62,080 nucleotides of DNA from Elusimicrobiota bacterium. GTDB taxonomy: Bacteria; Elusimicrobiota; Elusimicrobia; UBA1565; JACRDR01. Shown here piece after piece: positions 61,226 through 62,080 of this stretch. A program made the position numbers and the translations under genes. The notes beneath the pieces were generated by a model, which was not told where the DNA came from, ran no database searches, and worked only from the letters and a program-made list of their open reading frames with translations. Location of the stretch: positions 1 through 62,080 of the forward strand of contig JBGFSC010000009.1 of assembly GCA_041694815.1 (NCBI GenBank), given 5' to 3'. Each line of letters starts with the position of its first letter. The stretch's first letter is position 1.

Positions 61226-61977
61226 AGCGAACCGGGCATCTTTTCGAGCAGGTCGCGGATTTCCACGCCCTTTGCGCTGCGGCCAGGCGGGCGGCGCGTG
61301 GCAAGGGCGGAACGCAGTCCGCGTCGTCTTTTCTATTCCACATGGAAGGCGAAGTGCTTCAGCTTCAGCGCGAGATATTGGATGGGACCTATCGCCCTCG
61401 CCAGTACCGCACATTCTACATTTCCGATCCCAAGCCTAGGACGATCTCGGCCGCAGATTTCAGGGACCGCGTGGCCCATCACGCCCTTTGCGCCATTTTG
61501 GAGCCGCTATTCGAACGGACGGCCATTGAGGATAGCTACGCCTGCCGAGCAGGTAAGGGTTCCCACCTGGCCGTGCAGAGGGCTCAATATTTCGCGAGAC
61601 GCTTGGGTCGCTTTCTGAAGCTCGATATCCGCAAATTCTTCGAGACCTTGGATCATGATGTGCTCAAGGCCGCCTTGCGGCGCATCATCAAAGACGAGCG
61701 CCTATTGGAGCTTACGGGCCGGATCATCGACCATGGCGCTCCGGGTTCACCGCGAGGCAGGGGGCTCCCCATAGGTAACCTGACGAGCCAGCATTTCGCT
61801 AACTTTTACCTCGGCCCGTTGGATCGCTTCATCAAGCAGGAGCTCCGCGTATTGGGCTATGTGCGCTATATGGACGACTTTCTGCTTTTTTCTGATTCCA
61901 AGGAGTTCCTGCGCCAAGCCCATCGGCGCATTTGCGAGTTCGTTGAAAGCGAGCTCAAGCCACTCCTGTCCGGTTAA
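61222..61977 (+). pseudogene. DGR reverse transcriptase, interrupted at 61960/61961 by an IS4 element
   Basis: PKPRTI...FRDRVAHHA, LKLDIRKFF, GLPIGNLTSQ..AN.YL and YVRYMDD motifs. The FLG motif and thumb are absent; the last codons PLLSG* come from the IS IR. Confidence 0.88.
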
Positions 61978-62080
61978 AGTTGGAGGCATAGCTGGAGGTC
62001 TTGACGCCTGAGGCGGTCGAGCCTTTTGGGGTTGAGGTGGAGCAGATCGAAAAGCGAGGCTCGCTCAAGCAAGGTTTCTT
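61961..62080 (-). mobile_element. Right (3') end of IS4-family element with transposase C-terminus
   Basis: IR CACTCCTGTCCGGTTAAA; the - strand frame ETLLERASLFDLLHLNPKRLDRLRRQDLQLCLQL* ends inside the IR at 61974. Confidence 0.82.

Larger units (their letters stand above)
51694..61960 (+). mobile_element. Putative integrative genomic island at tRNA-fMet carrying a DGR (right end not in window)
   Basis: tRNA-integrase-RadC arrangement and accessory cargo; no second att copy seen. Confidence 0.7.

Noticed and set aside
51802..61960. Prophage
   Set aside because: No structural, terminase or lysis genes are visible in the window.
61222..61977. Group II intron or retron RT
   Set aside because: LTSQ/YMDD motifs with adjacent Avd, HRDC and VR-bearing targets indicate a DGR.

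Overview
GC-rich bacterial chromosomal segment. Gene style suggests Elusimicrobiota, but this is a low-confidence inference. Both ends of the window lie in copies of the same IS4-family element (identical 18-bp terminal inverted repeats). Core content: treY/treZ/glycogen debranching enzyme, SOD, cstA, a MacAB-TolC-type exporter, an alternative complex III plus caa3 oxidase operon, and a Pho regulon (phoBR, Pho box, two Pit paralogs, porin, pstSCAB-phoU). An initiator tRNA-Met is followed by an integrative island: tyrosine integrase, RadC, ECF sigma, a secreted protein, a signal-peptide-bearing ClpB-like ATPase, and a diversity-generating retroelement (DGR) with two secreted FGE/CLec targets, HRDC, Avd and RT. 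The main finding is that this DGR has three variable regions. One is in a remote gene about 47 kb away, outside the island, with the same VR scaffold and downstream hairpin. The RT is cut by the IS4 insertion, and no template repeat (TR) was found in the window.
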